Notes under the pieces: generated by a model
What the model saw: the letters and a program-made list of their open reading frames with translations, nothing else
The model's database searches: none
What the model was told of the DNA's origin: nothing
IMG/VR virus record: IMGVR_UViG_3300036987_000083
Coordinates: 115,490 to 179,489 of that record
DNA from: a virus
Reading direction: 5' to 3' (one strand)
DNA length: 64,000 bases
In this document: one piece after another, positions 42,597-52,894 of the stretch
Layout: each line of letters starts with the position of its first letter
How positions within the stretch are numbered: position 1 is the stretch's first letter
Translations under genes and position numbers: made by a program

Positions 42597-42828
42597 AGGT
42601 TTGCATGAATTTACGAGAGCTAATTAAAGAGGCCCGCAAGTACCTTCCCCCCGAGGAGGAGGAGGGTCCGGACCTTTGGAATCCTTCAGAGGGCTCTAAG
42701 CCCAAGCCCGCAATCAGGGCTCCAGTTACCGCTCCTTGTGGGCCGGGTACCGTCAGGCAACGTAAGCCAGACGGGACTACGATTTGTGTGTCACTTCGTG
42801 GTGTTAAAAAGTCCTAGGGGTCCGCACC

Positions 42829-45135
42829 GTGGAATCGCGTCATCGCAAAGTGCTGAGGTCGCTCCGCAAGGTGGTGGAGGCATCGGATCGTCCAGAACTT
42901 CGAGCAGAGCCACCAGATGCTGCGAGTTACCGAGCGGGCAATGCTCCGAACACCTCTCGACGGTGTCCAGAGGGCTTCGCTTTTGACGGAAAGCACTGCG
43001 TACCCGTTAGGAAGAAGAAAAACTCTGCTCCTACTAAGCCGGGTAGCTCCAAGAGCAGCGCGTTGCCGAGAGATCCTCCTGAGTCCCGTCGCCAAGACGA
43101 CCCCGATGACTTCCCGAATACCCGGGAGCACGAAAAGTCCGCCCAGCAAAAAGATATTCCGCTCGTTCCGGATCCAAAGAGCGAAGTCATGCAGCGGTTG
43201 CACAACGCAGTAACGCTTTCGAATGGGTTGCGCTCCTTTGAGTATGCGGAAGCGGAGTACAAGGAATACGCACACAGCGGCTTCATCCAGTCAAAGTTTC
43301 CAGACGCCTTTAAGGACAAGCAGGACTTCATCGCGGAGTTTTTGAACGGAGATCATGTTGCAGTAAGTGACTGGGCATCGATAAAGAACACATCCGCCTC
43401 CGAACAGCCAGAAGGCGATTACCCCAGCCTGTTCAAAAAGTTTTGGGAGTTCCAAGGGACTAAGTGGGCAGAGAAGGGCGTTGATGACAAGACTAATGAA
43501 GAGCGCTTCAAAACCTATTTGGATGGGCTCATTGAGAAAGCCGATGCAGAGGACGAAGAAACTACCCCTCCGGTGATTGTGGGAGTGCACCGGGACCCGA
43601 CGCTCGGTACGGAAACTTCCTGGTTGTTGGCGGGGAACTCCCGTGCGCTGCTTTACGCTTTCATCGGTAAAGCGGCGCCTACTCGGATGGTTCCGCTAAA
43701 AGGTCGGATGCTGCCAGATCCTACCGAGGAAGAGCTTCAAACTGTTTTGTGGCCTGCGGAGTCCTCTTCGGAGGACGATGATGAGCTAGAGCAGAATGTT
43801 CGCGCTGCCGTGCAACAGGTAATCGCCGGGCGCGGAGGACAGCCCCCGGGCGGAAGCCCCCCTCCCCCGGAGGCCGCCGTGCCTCCAGCTCCGGCCGCCG
43901 CACCTCCGGCGGCTGCCCCGCCAGAGGCCGCAGCTCCTCCGCAAGAGGCGGTACTACGGGTGCTGAAGACAATCTTCGAGTCAGAGTACAAACACCCCTC
44001 TGGGCACACGAAAAGGTTGTTCTCCAAAGCGTTTAAGACTCTCGGGTACCCTGTAGGCACTGTGCGCAACTGGGCTCGCGGGAAGGTAATAAAGACCCGG
44101 GATGGCTGGGAAGAGGTACCGGCAGGGACTAAAGCCCCCAAAATTGCCACGCCCTTGGTGCCTGCCGCACAGCATGACCAGCCCCGCCCTAAGCTTGCGC
44201 TTAAGAGGGCTGCAGCAGCGCCCCCTGTTGCGAACCTCCCTGCGAGAGATTCTGACGAAGCTCACTGGATTGAGGCTATTCCGGACTTCCCTGCAGAAAC
44301 GACGCAGAAGCACTATGGTCCGAACCGCGCGCCAAAGGCTTACCGACAAAAGCTGCACAACAGCATCATCTCCAAGTACTTCGACAAAGTGCCTGCACCT
44401 AGCGCGGAGACGCTAAGGACCAAGAAGCCTGTAGCCATCATGCTGATGGGGGGTCCTGCTTCCGGAAAAAGCACGATTGGTGGGGCCTACCCGGACACTC
44501 AATTCATCCACCTGGATGCAGACGCCCTTAAGGAGCACCTCCCAGAGTATAAAGTTGCTACGAAATGGCGAGCTAAAAACGCCGCGAAGATGACTCACGA
44601 GGAGTCTATCCACCTGATGCAACAGCTACGGGAAAAGACTATCTCCGCTCGTAAGAATCTCGTGATGGATGGGACGGGACGACACGTCACTTCTTACCTG
44701 AATATGATTACGAAGCTGAAGACTGCAGGGTACCACGTGAAAGTGGTACTGGCCGACATTGACCAGGACCTGGCCCGCAAGCGCGCCAAAATTCGGGCGC
44801 AGTCAGGGGGACGCTGGGTGCCACCCCATGTTTTTGACGCCGCCTACGCTGCAGTGCCTAAAAACTTCGCAGAGATTGCAAGTGCTGCCCACGAATTTGA
44901 GCTTTGGGACACTCGCCCTGAAGGCGAGCCGCAACTGAAGTGGGAAAAGACAGGTGGAGAAGAGCACATTCACGACCCTGTGTTTGTGGAGCGATTCCAG
45001 AAACAGTATGTTCGTGAGCCCAATCGAGGTGCGGTCTACCCACCTCATAAGCGGAGACCTGTTTCTTTTGTCCCGTCGAAGCAGACAAAGGCAGAGGCTG
45101 TTGCCGCGCTTAAGAACATCTTCGTGCTGGGCTAG
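42829..45135 (+). CDS. Large multidomain protein with a C-terminal zeta-toxin-like P-loop kinase
   Basis: MGGPASGKST..LDADALKEHLPEY..HEES..NLVMDGTG..GGRWVP; internal YPVGTVRNW motif. Confidence 0.8.
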   Translation: MESRHRKVLRSLRKVVEASDRPELRAEPPDAASYRAGNAPNTSRRCPEGFAFDGKHCVPVRKKKNSAPTKPGSSKSSALPRDPPESRRQDDPDDFPNTREHEKSAQQKDIPLVPDPKSEVMQRLHNAVTLSNGLRSFEYAEAEYKEYAHSGFIQSKFPDAFKDKQDFIAEFLNGDHVAVSDWASIKNTSASEQPEGDYPSLFKKFWEFQGTKWAEKGVDDKTNEERFKTYLDGLIEKADAEDEETTPPVIVGVHRDPTLGTETSWLLAGNSRALLYAFIGKAAPTRMVPLKGRMLPDPTEEELQTVLWPAESSSEDDDELEQNVRAAVQQVIAGRGGQPPGGSPPPPEAAVPPAPAAAPPAAAPPEAAAPPQEAVLRVLKTIFESEYKHPSGHTKRLFSKAFKTLGYPVGTVRNWARGKVIKTRDGWEEVPAGTKAPKIATPLVPAAQHDQPRPKLALKRAAAAPPVANLPARDSDEAHWIEAIPDFPAETTQKHYGPNRAPKAYRQKLHNSIISKYFDKVPAPSAETLRTKKPVAIMLMGGPASGKSTIGGAYPDTQFIHLDADALKEHLPEYKVATKWRAKNAAKMTHEESIHLMQQLREKTISARKNLVMDGTGRHVTSYLNMITKLKTAGYHVKVVLADIDQDLARKRAKIRAQSGGRWVPPHVFDAAYAAVPKNFAEIASAAHEFELWDTRPEGEPQLKWEKTGGEEHIHDPVFVERFQKQYVREPNRGAVYPPHKRRPVSFVPSKQTKAEAVAALKNIFVLG

Positions 45136-45144
45136 GAGCCAGTC

Positions 45145-45423
45145 ATGTCGCCAATTGTCGACACTACAAAATTTCGAGATGCTATCAGGGTGGCATTTTC
45201 GACTGCGGCCAAGAAAGACCGCGTGCCCAAGGTTGCCGAGGGCGACGGAGTGGAGGCGGTTCCTGCGGACGACCGAGAGCTGATGGGGGAGGGTGTCAGT
45301 AAACCTGGCACCGTAAAGCACTGGGCGGGCTGGGTTTATCAAAAGCGGGATAACGGCCAATGGGAGAAGCTCTGCCCCTCGCCGAAACGCGGGCTTAAGC
45401 CGAAAAACAAGGAATCGCCGTGA
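45145..45423 (+). CDS. Small protein sharing the PGT.R.W..W motif with the preceding protein
   Basis: PGTVKHWAGWVYQKRDNGQWEK. Confidence 0.55.
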   Translation: MSPIVDTTKFRDAIRVAFSTAAKKDRVPKVAEGDGVEAVPADDRELMGEGVSKPGTVKHWAGWVYQKRDNGQWEKLCPSPKRGLKPKNKESP

Positions 45424-45944
45424 CTACCGTTAAGCGCCTACAGCACTTCGCGGGAGCTGTGCGTTGGCGGACGGGTCTTTTGACCTCTGATGGCGCTCAG
45501 CCGCCCGCCCAAGACACCTTGGAGTGGGCTAATGGCAATGAGCGACCGAATGAGCCGGTTCCGGAGGGCTGGAAACAGGCGTTGGCGGAACTTCCACCTA
45601 CGCCGGAGGACGGCCACGAGTACCAAGCCGAGCTAGGTCAAGACGCTGCGTACCTGCTGCTCGGACAAGCTCTAAAGGTTGTGAAGCTCCCCACGAGTAC
45701 AGGCGAGCCCCGGCAAGCGGACCCGAAGGAGTTTGTGTACCGGGGCCAGCATACTGACGGAGAAGGCAAGACTTCTTGGGCACATTTCAAACATCGCGAT
45801 ACCCGTAATACCGTGCATCTGGATGTTCAGAAGCTGCTGCTGGTTATTCCGAGTAGCGAAAAGCCTTTTTGCCGTGGAATGTTCGACAAAGTCGAACATT
45901 CCGAGATATACCAGCAGCTACGTTCCCTCGCAGGCATTGATTGA
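45420..45944 (+). CDS. Hypothetical protein
   Basis: Overlapping gene chain. Confidence 0.55.
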   Translation: MTTVKRLQHFAGAVRWRTGLLTSDGAQPPAQDTLEWANGNERPNEPVPEGWKQALAELPPTPEDGHEYQAELGQDAAYLLLGQALKVVKLPTSTGEPRQADPKEFVYRGQHTDGEGKTSWAHFKHRDTRNTVHLDVQKLLLVIPSSEKPFCRGMFDKVEHSEIYQQLRSLAGID

Positions 45945-45953
45945 TTGATAGCC

Positions 45954-46772
45954 ATGAAAAACCACATTGAGCGCTACCGTGAGCTGGCAGGTATTGTCGA
46001 GTCTCGTCCGGCCTATATGACCGCGCTTGGCGAAGACGACGAGACTCCCGAGCAGATGGAAGAGCGCATCAACAACCTCACGGAGTCTGAGCTTCAGGCA
46101 GAGATTGAAGGGCTGATTGCGGGGAAGGCTGAACTGGTGGCCAGGCTCAAGGCGAGCGGTACTTTTGAGCACTACCTTGAAAAGTTCCAGAAGAAGTCTC
46201 CGGATGTAAAAACCGCCATGAAGACTGCGCTTACGCGAAGTAAGCACGCAAAGTCACACACTATCCATAAGAAGCTTGCGGGCCTTAAGGTGCCCCGCAC
46301 ACCGCAGGCGGCTTGGGTAACCAAACACCAATCGGGCGGGGCTGAGGGCGCGCTACAACGCGGAGATACCCACGAGAAGGAAGTAAGTGACGCGGGTCGG
46401 GAAGACCGTAAGCGCCGGAGTCATGCACAGTCCGCCTTTCATCACTTCGATACTTCCCAGATGCATAAGGCGCAGGGTAACACACGCAAGGCGGAGAGGC
46501 ATCGCAGGGCTGCAGAGGCGCACCACGCGCGTGCTCGGGACCCTGAAGACGCCAAGAGCGGCTACATGTATCACCCTCAGAAGGGGGACTACACCAACTA
46601 CACCCCCGTGTATGACAAGAAGAGCGCCAAGGCTGCAAAGAACAAAGTGTCTGCGGCCGCGCTGAAGAAAAAGAAAGAAAGCGATAAAGCCTCAAGGACA
46701 CCCGGGGGAGAATCTGCTACTACGACACGGACGCCTTGGAAAACCCCGGGCACCGGTACGGACAACGACTAG
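45954..46772 (+). CDS. Hypothetical protein, acidic N-terminus and basic C-terminus
   Basis: ORF composition. Confidence 0.6.
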   Translation: MKNHIERYRELAGIVESRPAYMTALGEDDETPEQMEERINNLTESELQAEIEGLIAGKAELVARLKASGTFEHYLEKFQKKSPDVKTAMKTALTRSKHAKSHTIHKKLAGLKVPRTPQAAWVTKHQSGGAEGALQRGDTHEKEVSDAGREDRKRRSHAQSAFHHFDTSQMHKAQGNTRKAERHRRAAEAHHARARDPEDAKSGYMYHPQKGDYTNYTPVYDKKSAKAAKNKVSAAALKKKKESDKASRTPGGESATTTRTPWKTPGTGTDND

Positions 46773-46797
46773 TTCCTATTCTAGGACGGAGACTCGG

Positions 46798-47133
46798 TTG
46801 AATACTTTGGACGTAGTAGAGGCGACGTGGGCCGAGGTTGAGTGCCGAATTAGGCCGCTTCGCAGGATGGTGTTCCTGCGGACATTGCCGCTGGAGACCA
46901 TGATTGGGAGCATCCATCTCCCTGCGAAGATGGTGTCTTTTCACGGCGAACTGCCACACATGAAGACTATTTACGCCATCGTCTGCTCCGTGGGGCCGGA
47001 CGCCACCGCGAAAGTAGGCGACAAGGTATGCTTTACCCGGCTACAGTTCGCTTGGTATAAGAAGCTCGAAGACAAATGCATGCTCGGTTGGATTGACGAG
47101 AACGACATTACCGGAACTATTGAAGAGGATTGA
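46798..47133 (+). CDS. GroES/gp31-like co-chaperonin
   Basis: IRPLRRMVFLR..GSIHLP..IVCSVGP..KVGDKVCF..ENDITG. Confidence 0.7.
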   Translation: MNTLDVVEATWAEVECRIRPLRRMVFLRTLPLETMIGSIHLPAKMVSFHGELPHMKTIYAIVCSVGPDATAKVGDKVCFTRLQFAWYKKLEDKCMLGWIDENDITGTIEED

Positions 47134-47135
47134 AC

Positions 47136-47882
47136 ATGAAAAGCATTGAAGAGCGCATGGCTGTACTCCTGAATCCTGAAATGGAAGAGGCAGTCTTGAC
47201 GGAGCAGGTGCTCTTCGAGGCTGTTCGTGCTGCCGATGAAATTCTTGAGGCCAACGGTCTGGAATTGTCGGCAGGAGACTTAAACAGCTACATCGAAGGG
47301 CTTCGAGACGTTTTGGAGCACTACGAGCTGTCGGAAGAGGATCATGCAGAGCTTCAAGAGCTTTTCACTAAGATGGTTCGTTTTGCCGGAAATGTTGCCG
47401 GAGGCATTGGCAAGGCCGTTGGAACTGTCAAAAAGGCCAAGGCCGCAGTTGGAAGCGCAATTCAGCACGTGAAGAAGAGCTATGCCAAGGGTCATGTGGA
47501 TGGCGAAACCCATGACCCCAAGGGGGGTGTAGCGACAGATTGGGCGGAGCCTGAAAAGCAGCCTGAAACTGAGGGCCCCAAGAAGCCCAATTTGTGGCAG
47601 CGCGCTGTAGGGAAGTACCAAGCGTGGCGAGCCAAGCCTAAGCCCCCGAGCGACATTGAGAAGTACAAGGAGGCGGAGCGCGCAAAGCGGGCCACCCCGG
47701 GGGGGCAACATGCTGCCAAGGGGGCTGCAGCTCTCGCTGCAAAGCAGGATGCTGCAAAGCAGGACGCTGCAAAAGCCGCCGCTGAGAAGACAGCGCCTGC
47801 GGCCTCAGAGCCACAGACTCCTGCGGCTCCAGAGAAGAAGAAGAAGCGCGCAGTAGTAGATGCACCCCCTTCTGGAAGCTAG
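47136..47882 (+). CDS. Hypothetical protein with acidic N-terminal module, probably an internal virion protein
   Basis: Acidic helix module followed by K/A-rich region. Confidence 0.6.
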   Translation: MKSIEERMAVLLNPEMEEAVLTEQVLFEAVRAADEILEANGLELSAGDLNSYIEGLRDVLEHYELSEEDHAELQELFTKMVRFAGNVAGGIGKAVGTVKKAKAAVGSAIQHVKKSYAKGHVDGETHDPKGGVATDWAEPEKQPETEGPKKPNLWQRAVGKYQAWRAKPKPPSDIEKYKEAERAKRATPGGQHAAKGAAALAAKQDAAKQDAAKAAAEKTAPAASEPQTPAAPEKKKKRAVVDAPPSGS

Positions 47883-48106
47883 TGTAAATGTTGCACCGAC
47901 TACTCAACAACAGCAAAGCGCGAGGGCCTCGTCCATACCGAAATAGGTACGATGACCCCAATGATGACCACGACGATCAATCGCGTCGGCCACGTGTGAA
48001 GCTGGGCCGCTCTCACTTACTTAACGTGTTTCGGCAAAGCGTCGCGAACCATCACGGGGCCCCTGAGGCCAACCACACCACTTCTGAAGCAAACCTTGGA
48101 GCTACT

Positions 48107-49405
48107 ATGAACTTGAGTGAAAACGCTGTTGAGGCGGTTGCAGAACTGATGGGCGATGCTACTGCAATCTTGGATGCTGCAGGCTTCTCCATTGATGAGT
48201 CTGTTACGGGCCCTCAGGACTTCGTTGACGTTGTTGCCGACTTGCTCGATGAGAACGACCTTGATGAAGACACGGAGGAGACGCTGTGTCTCGGAATTGC
48301 ACTCATCGAGTCTTTCCTCAGTGGGTTCGAAATCGAGTTGAGTGCGAGTGAGCTTGCGGAGGGAGAGCTACCTGAAGCAAGCATGCTATCTCGGCTGAAC
48401 AAGGCCGCACGTAGGGCCATCGAAAAGGAGTCACCATTAGGCTCTTGGAAAGGCGCCCCTGGGGACAAGCTGGCTGCCAAATGGGCTCAGCACCAGGATG
48501 CCAAGGCCAAGGCCAAGGAAGACGCAATCAAGGCGGCGTCGCCCCGGACTTTCCGGAAAGACAAACAGCGAATGAAGCGTGCGGCACGGCCGGTAATTGC
48601 ACAGCAGCCTGCTGACGCCCTGCAAGACAAAGAGCACAAGGCCATCCTAAAGAAGTACATGGATAAGATGGCCACGATGCGGAGTGCCTCTGCAAAGCTT
48701 CAGGCGCTTCGAACCAAGAAGACGACCGATGCCAAGCGCACTCGCGTCCCTCAAAGCGCCAGTGAAGGCGTGGAGTGTCCGGACGCGGAAGTCCGGGCTG
48801 TACTCGCTGTGGTGGAGTCCGCCGGGTACGAAGTACCGGATGACCTTCCGGTCCCTGAGTTTTTAGAGGCTGTCGAAAACTTGGCGACCCAAGACGCCGT
48901 TGTCGCTGAGGGTCTTGGAACCGCGCTGGCTGGTGCTGGCATGAGAATGCTGAGGTCAAAGACGGCGAGATGGGCAGCAAATAAGCTTGCTCGTGCAGGC
49001 ACAAAGGCTCTTGTCAGGAAGATGGACGATGTGGCGCGCCCTGCTGCGGAAAGCGCTGAAGATGCGGACGCCCTTTTGGCCACGATGATTGAAGTAGTGA
49101 CCGACAACGGCTACGTCTTTGAGGGCTCAGAGGAAAGTTTTGATCCCGAGAAGTTCCTCGACATCGTGGTCGAGATTGCAGATACAGACGAAACTTTTGC
49201 GGAAGACACTAGCACGTGGCTAAAGAAGTCTGCTGAGGCCATTAAGGGCATGGCAGAAGCCGGACAGTACGGCAAGCTGCCCCCAAGAGGCTCCGCTGGT
49301 CTTCGAAAGTTCGTAAAGAAGCAGACGGCCAAGAAGGCACGTCGAGATGCCAAGAGAGCCCCTGAAGACGCGCCAACCAAGCGCACCTCAGGTTGGGCCG
49401 ACTGA
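48107..49405 (+). CDS. Protein with three repeated acidic modules alternating with basic segments
   Basis: GGAG SD; repeats AILDAAGF / AVVESAGY / EVVTDNGY..F(L/V)D(V/I)V. Confidence 0.65.
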   Translation: MNLSENAVEAVAELMGDATAILDAAGFSIDESVTGPQDFVDVVADLLDENDLDEDTEETLCLGIALIESFLSGFEIELSASELAEGELPEASMLSRLNKAARRAIEKESPLGSWKGAPGDKLAAKWAQHQDAKAKAKEDAIKAASPRTFRKDKQRMKRAARPVIAQQPADALQDKEHKAILKKYMDKMATMRSASAKLQALRTKKTTDAKRTRVPQSASEGVECPDAEVRAVLAVVESAGYEVPDDLPVPEFLEAVENLATQDAVVAEGLGTALAGAGMRMLRSKTARWAANKLARAGTKALVRKMDDVARPAAESAEDADALLATMIEVVTDNGYVFEGSEESFDPEKFLDIVVEIADTDETFAEDTSTWLKKSAEAIKGMAEAGQYGKLPPRGSAGLRKFVKKQTAKKARRDAKRAPEDAPTKRTSGWAD

Positions 49406-49433
49406 GTTCTTGACAACCCGACTCGTATGCAAT

Positions 49434-49472
49434 AATCCCCGGGTCCTTCGATGGGCTCGGGGATTTGCTTTT
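49434..49472 (+). terminator. Possible intrinsic terminator
   Basis: AATCCCCGGGTCC/GGGCTCGGGGATT followed by TGCTTTT. Confidence 0.55.
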
Positions 49473-49486
49473 GACGGGAGCGTACG

Positions 49487-50128
49487 GTGTACAAGAACAT
49501 TAAACCCCGTAGGGAGAGCGATAACTACCAGACTCCATTCAGGCTAGCGCGAGCTATCTGTTCAAGGCTTCAAACCTTAATTCCTGCCCCCAAGTATATT
49601 ATAGAACCCTCTGCGGGCGCCGGGCGGTTTGTGATGGCCTCCAAGGAGTACTGGCCTGAAGCAGATATTACCGCAGTAGAGGCGCGAGAGGAGTGCGAGC
49701 CCATCCTTAAGGACTGCGGCACCTCCCGGGTGCTCATGGGCTCGTGGGAAGACGCAAATCTAACGGATTTTCCGGTTCCGGATCTCATACTCGGTAACCC
49801 GCCTTACGAATTCGCTCAAGAACACCTCGAACTGGCGCTCAAGCGTGTCCGCCAGCCACCTCCACCACCTCAAGCGCCCACCTACATTCCTTCGGCCCCT
49901 GGAGGCTACGTGGCCTTTCTGCTGCGAATGGCTTTCTTAAACTCACAAGCCCGGGTATCCAGCCTTTGGGACAAACACCCAGGGTTTCGATACCTACTCC
50001 CCCTTGCAGAGCGCCCCAGCTTTACTGAAGACGGTAAGTCGGAGCATTCAGAGTACGGCTGTTACCTGTTCCAAGCAGGCTGGAAGGGCAACGCTGAGAT
50101 TCTACCGCATCTGTGGTGGAAAACTTAG
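49487..50128 (+). CDS. Amino-DNA methyltransferase (N6A/N4C)
   Basis: IIEPSAGAGRF motif I; LGNPPY motif IV. Confidence 0.85.
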   Translation: MYKNIKPRRESDNYQTPFRLARAICSRLQTLIPAPKYIIEPSAGAGRFVMASKEYWPEADITAVEAREECEPILKDCGTSRVLMGSWEDANLTDFPVPDLILGNPPYEFAQEHLELALKRVRQPPPPPQAPTYIPSAPGGYVAFLLRMAFLNSQARVSSLWDKHPGFRYLLPLAERPSFTEDGKSEHSEYGCYLFQAGWKGNAEILPHLWWKT

Positions 50129-50181
50129 CGCAGAGTGGCCGTTCCCGTTAACCAAGGGTAGCGACCATGTGGTCGCACGGG

Positions 50182-50210
50182 TTGACAATCGGCTGACAAC
50201 ATGGTAGCGT
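50182..50210 (+). promoter_or_regulatory. Sigma70-type promoter next to the palindromic operator-like site
   Basis: TTGACA-17-TAGCGT; CGACCATGTGGTCG at 50162-50175. Confidence 0.6.
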
Positions 50211-50234
50211 CCAGTCCTTGGCAGGAATACCACC

Positions 50235-51038
50235 ATGGACACCATCTACAAGTACCCACGCACAAAGCACATCTACGGCTCCAGGCTTCAAGACGGAGAC
50301 GAAGACCTTGAGGCTGTTCGATTAGACACGCTCAAGGGTAAGTATCTTGTTGTCGAAGAGAAGGTGGATGGCGCCAACAGCGGTATTTCCTTTGATTCGG
50401 ACACTTTAGAGCTTCGGCTTCAGAGTCGGGGACACTACCTCGGCTTGGAACCGAGCTACCGCGAGCGGCACTTCAACCTCTTCAAAAAGTGGGCAGTCCT
50501 TCATGAGGGCTGGCTGATGGACAAGCTTCAGGACAAGTACATTGCCTACGGCGAATGGATGTGGGCCAAGCACACGGAGTACTACGACCAACTTCCTCAC
50601 TACTGGATGGAGTTCGACGTGCTGGAAAAGTCGACTGGCAAGTTCTTCTCCACTGCCCGTCGTAAGGAATTCTGGAAGGGATGCCCGGTTGTTTCTGTTC
50701 CGGTGGTGCATGCTGGTCCTCTGGATAACCTCAAGCAACTCTCGTCCTTGATTCGACCGTCTCTTTACAAGAGTTCCAATTGGAAGGGCGCCTTGGCCGA
50801 AACGGCTAAAAGGAAGCAGTTGGACCTGGAGCGCATCATCAAAGAAACCGACCAGAGTGACTTAGCCGAAGGTGTCTACATCAAGTACGAAAGCGATGAC
50901 GAGACACTGGAGCGGTTCAAGTTCGTCCGTCATGAATTCGTACAGGCAATCAAGGACGCCGAAGGCCATTGGCTATCCAGGCCCATCGTCGAGAACCGCC
51001 TGGCAACAGGGGTCGACATTTTTGCGAGCCAGCTATGA
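50235..51038 (+). CDS. RNA ligase, Rnl2-like
   Basis: KYPRTKH..VEEKVDGAN..YGEW..EFDV..EGVYIK. Confidence 0.85.
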   Translation: MDTIYKYPRTKHIYGSRLQDGDEDLEAVRLDTLKGKYLVVEEKVDGANSGISFDSDTLELRLQSRGHYLGLEPSYRERHFNLFKKWAVLHEGWLMDKLQDKYIAYGEWMWAKHTEYYDQLPHYWMEFDVLEKSTGKFFSTARRKEFWKGCPVVSVPVVHAGPLDNLKQLSSLIRPSLYKSSNWKGALAETAKRKQLDLERIIKETDQSDLAEGVYIKYESDDETLERFKFVRHEFVQAIKDAEGHWLSRPIVENRLATGVDIFASQL

Positions 51039-51071
51039 CCCCGCTCGAAACTGGCATAGAGGTGACGTAGT

Positions 51072-51779
51072 GTGCCATGCTTGCGGAATATGGACATCAA
51101 AATATCCTACGACCGCCAGTTGGTAATTCGAGATTTCATAACCATCAATGGGGTGCGCCTGCGAGTTCGGTACAACCACGGTTACCCCTACGTCTCTTGG
51201 CCAGGGAGAAACGGACAAGTAGCTGTACATCGCATAGTCATGGAGCTTGCTTTGGGAAGGCGGCTGGAAGAAGGGGAGCATGTTCATCATAAAGATGAGA
51301 ATAAACTGAACAATGACCCCTCTAACTTGGAGGTTGTAGACGAGCATACACATATCTCTAGGCATATGATCAAGCGGAACACTCGCTACGATCCCGAGAA
51401 TTTTGTTTGCTCTGATTGTCGACGCTCCAAGGTAGCGCACAAGGCGCACGGTCTGTGTCTCAATTGTTGGTCAAAACGTCGGCGGCGTAAGTTAGTTAAA
51501 TACCCTTGTAAGATTTGTGGGCTGGAACGCACGGATAAACGAGGGACCGGGCGAGATGGGATGTGTGTCGAGTGTACCATTCGGCACTGGACAGCTTGTA
51601 TTTCCTGTAAGCGTACAAGAACTCAGATTTTGGAAAAACGAAAAACCAAAATCAATCTTCAAGGTCTATGCAGGGCCTGCGTAGCGAGGTTCGAGCGCAA
51701 AGCCGAAAGGGAACGCTGCACCTCTTGGAGTCATGCCGCCGCCTCTAGGGGAACAAAAGCGGTTGACAACGCACAGTAA
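51072..51779 (+). CDS. HNH endonuclease with Cys-rich tail
   Basis: VHRIVME..LGRRLEEGEHVHHKDENKLNNDPSNL. Confidence 0.85.
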   Translation: MPCLRNMDIKISYDRQLVIRDFITINGVRLRVRYNHGYPYVSWPGRNGQVAVHRIVMELALGRRLEEGEHVHHKDENKLNNDPSNLEVVDEHTHISRHMIKRNTRYDPENFVCSDCRRSKVAHKAHGLCLNCWSKRRRRKLVKYPCKICGLERTDKRGTGRDGMCVECTIRHWTACISCKRTRTQILEKRKTKINLQGLCRACVARFERKAERERCTSWSHAAASRGTKAVDNAQ

Positions 51780-51796
51780 ACGTAGTACTAGGGGGC

Positions 51797-52894
51797 ATGG
51801 ATACCAAGTACTCATGGGAGCCGCTCATTTGGCCTGAACTGGATAAGTCCCCCCAAGACTATATTTACCACGCCGAGGGCTCGGTCGGAGTCCACACCCG
51901 AATGGTCACGAACGAAATGCTTGGGCACGAGGGCTACTCCTCGCTGCCCGAGGTATCCCGGGATTTGCTCCACAGGACAGCGCTGCTCCACGACATCGGC
52001 AAGCCTTCCTGTACCCAGTTCGAGGGGGACCGAATTCGTAATCGGGGGCACGCTCGCGCTGGTGCAGTCCTGTCGCGAGGGCTGCTGTATGGTGAGGGGT
52101 ATGACCCGGTGCTTCGTGAGCACCTTTGCGCGCTGGTTCGCTCCCATACAACTCCCATGCACGCAATGAGGGCCAGTGACGAAGAGGTCCGGGCCACGGT
52201 GTTGAAGGCCAGTCTTATGCTGCGCTGCGACTACCTGACCATGCTAGCCGAGGCCGACAATCGGGGTCGCACTACCCCGGAATCCAAGGAACCCTTCATC
52301 TCCAACATCGGGTACTTCGCGGAATTTGCGAAGGAGTATAACTGTTTCGAGGGGCCTTACCCGTTCAAGAACGACCACAGCAAGTTCCTCTACTTCCAAA
52401 GCGGTGGTTCCCGCGACCCGGCCTACTTGGCGTATGATGACACCCAATTCGAGATGGTGATGATGGCTGGGTTCCCGGGGACGGGTAAGGACACTTGGAT
52501 TAAGAATTACTATTCCCACCTTCCCATGGTTTCCTTGGATGAGATTCGGAAGAAGCTCAAGGTCCCATCAGGGGTGAATCAGAGCCCGGTCATCATCAAA
52601 GCAAAGGAGCGCTTCAAGGAGTTGCTCCGCAAGAAGCAGTCGTTTGTGTTCAACGCCACGAGCTTGAACGCGGATCTTCGATTGCCTTGGATTAATCTTG
52701 CGGCGCAGTACAACGCGCGCATCCGCATTGTTTACTTGGAAGTGCCACTGCCGGAGCTGCTTAGGCGCAACAAGGCTCGGGAGGAGTCCGACCGCCTTCC
52801 TGAGGCAGCCATCTACAAGATGATGGCCAAGTGGAACATGCCCCACCCCTCAGAAGCGCACGTCGTCGAATACCACTACGGAGGCCAGTCATGA
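51797..52894 (+). CDS. HD-domain + P-loop kinase protein (polynucleotide kinase/RNA end-healing-like)
   Basis: YHAEGSVGVHT..LLHDIGKP; MMAGFPGTGKDTW..SLDEIR..NATSL. Confidence 0.85.
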   Translation: MDTKYSWEPLIWPELDKSPQDYIYHAEGSVGVHTRMVTNEMLGHEGYSSLPEVSRDLLHRTALLHDIGKPSCTQFEGDRIRNRGHARAGAVLSRGLLYGEGYDPVLREHLCALVRSHTTPMHAMRASDEEVRATVLKASLMLRCDYLTMLAEADNRGRTTPESKEPFISNIGYFAEFAKEYNCFEGPYPFKNDHSKFLYFQSGGSRDPAYLAYDDTQFEMVMMAGFPGTGKDTWIKNYYSHLPMVSLDEIRKKLKVPSGVNQSPVIIKAKERFKELLRKKQSFVFNATSLNADLRLPWINLAAQYNARIRIVYLEVPLPELLRRNKAREESDRLPEAAIYKMMAKWNMPHPSEAHVVEYHYGGQS

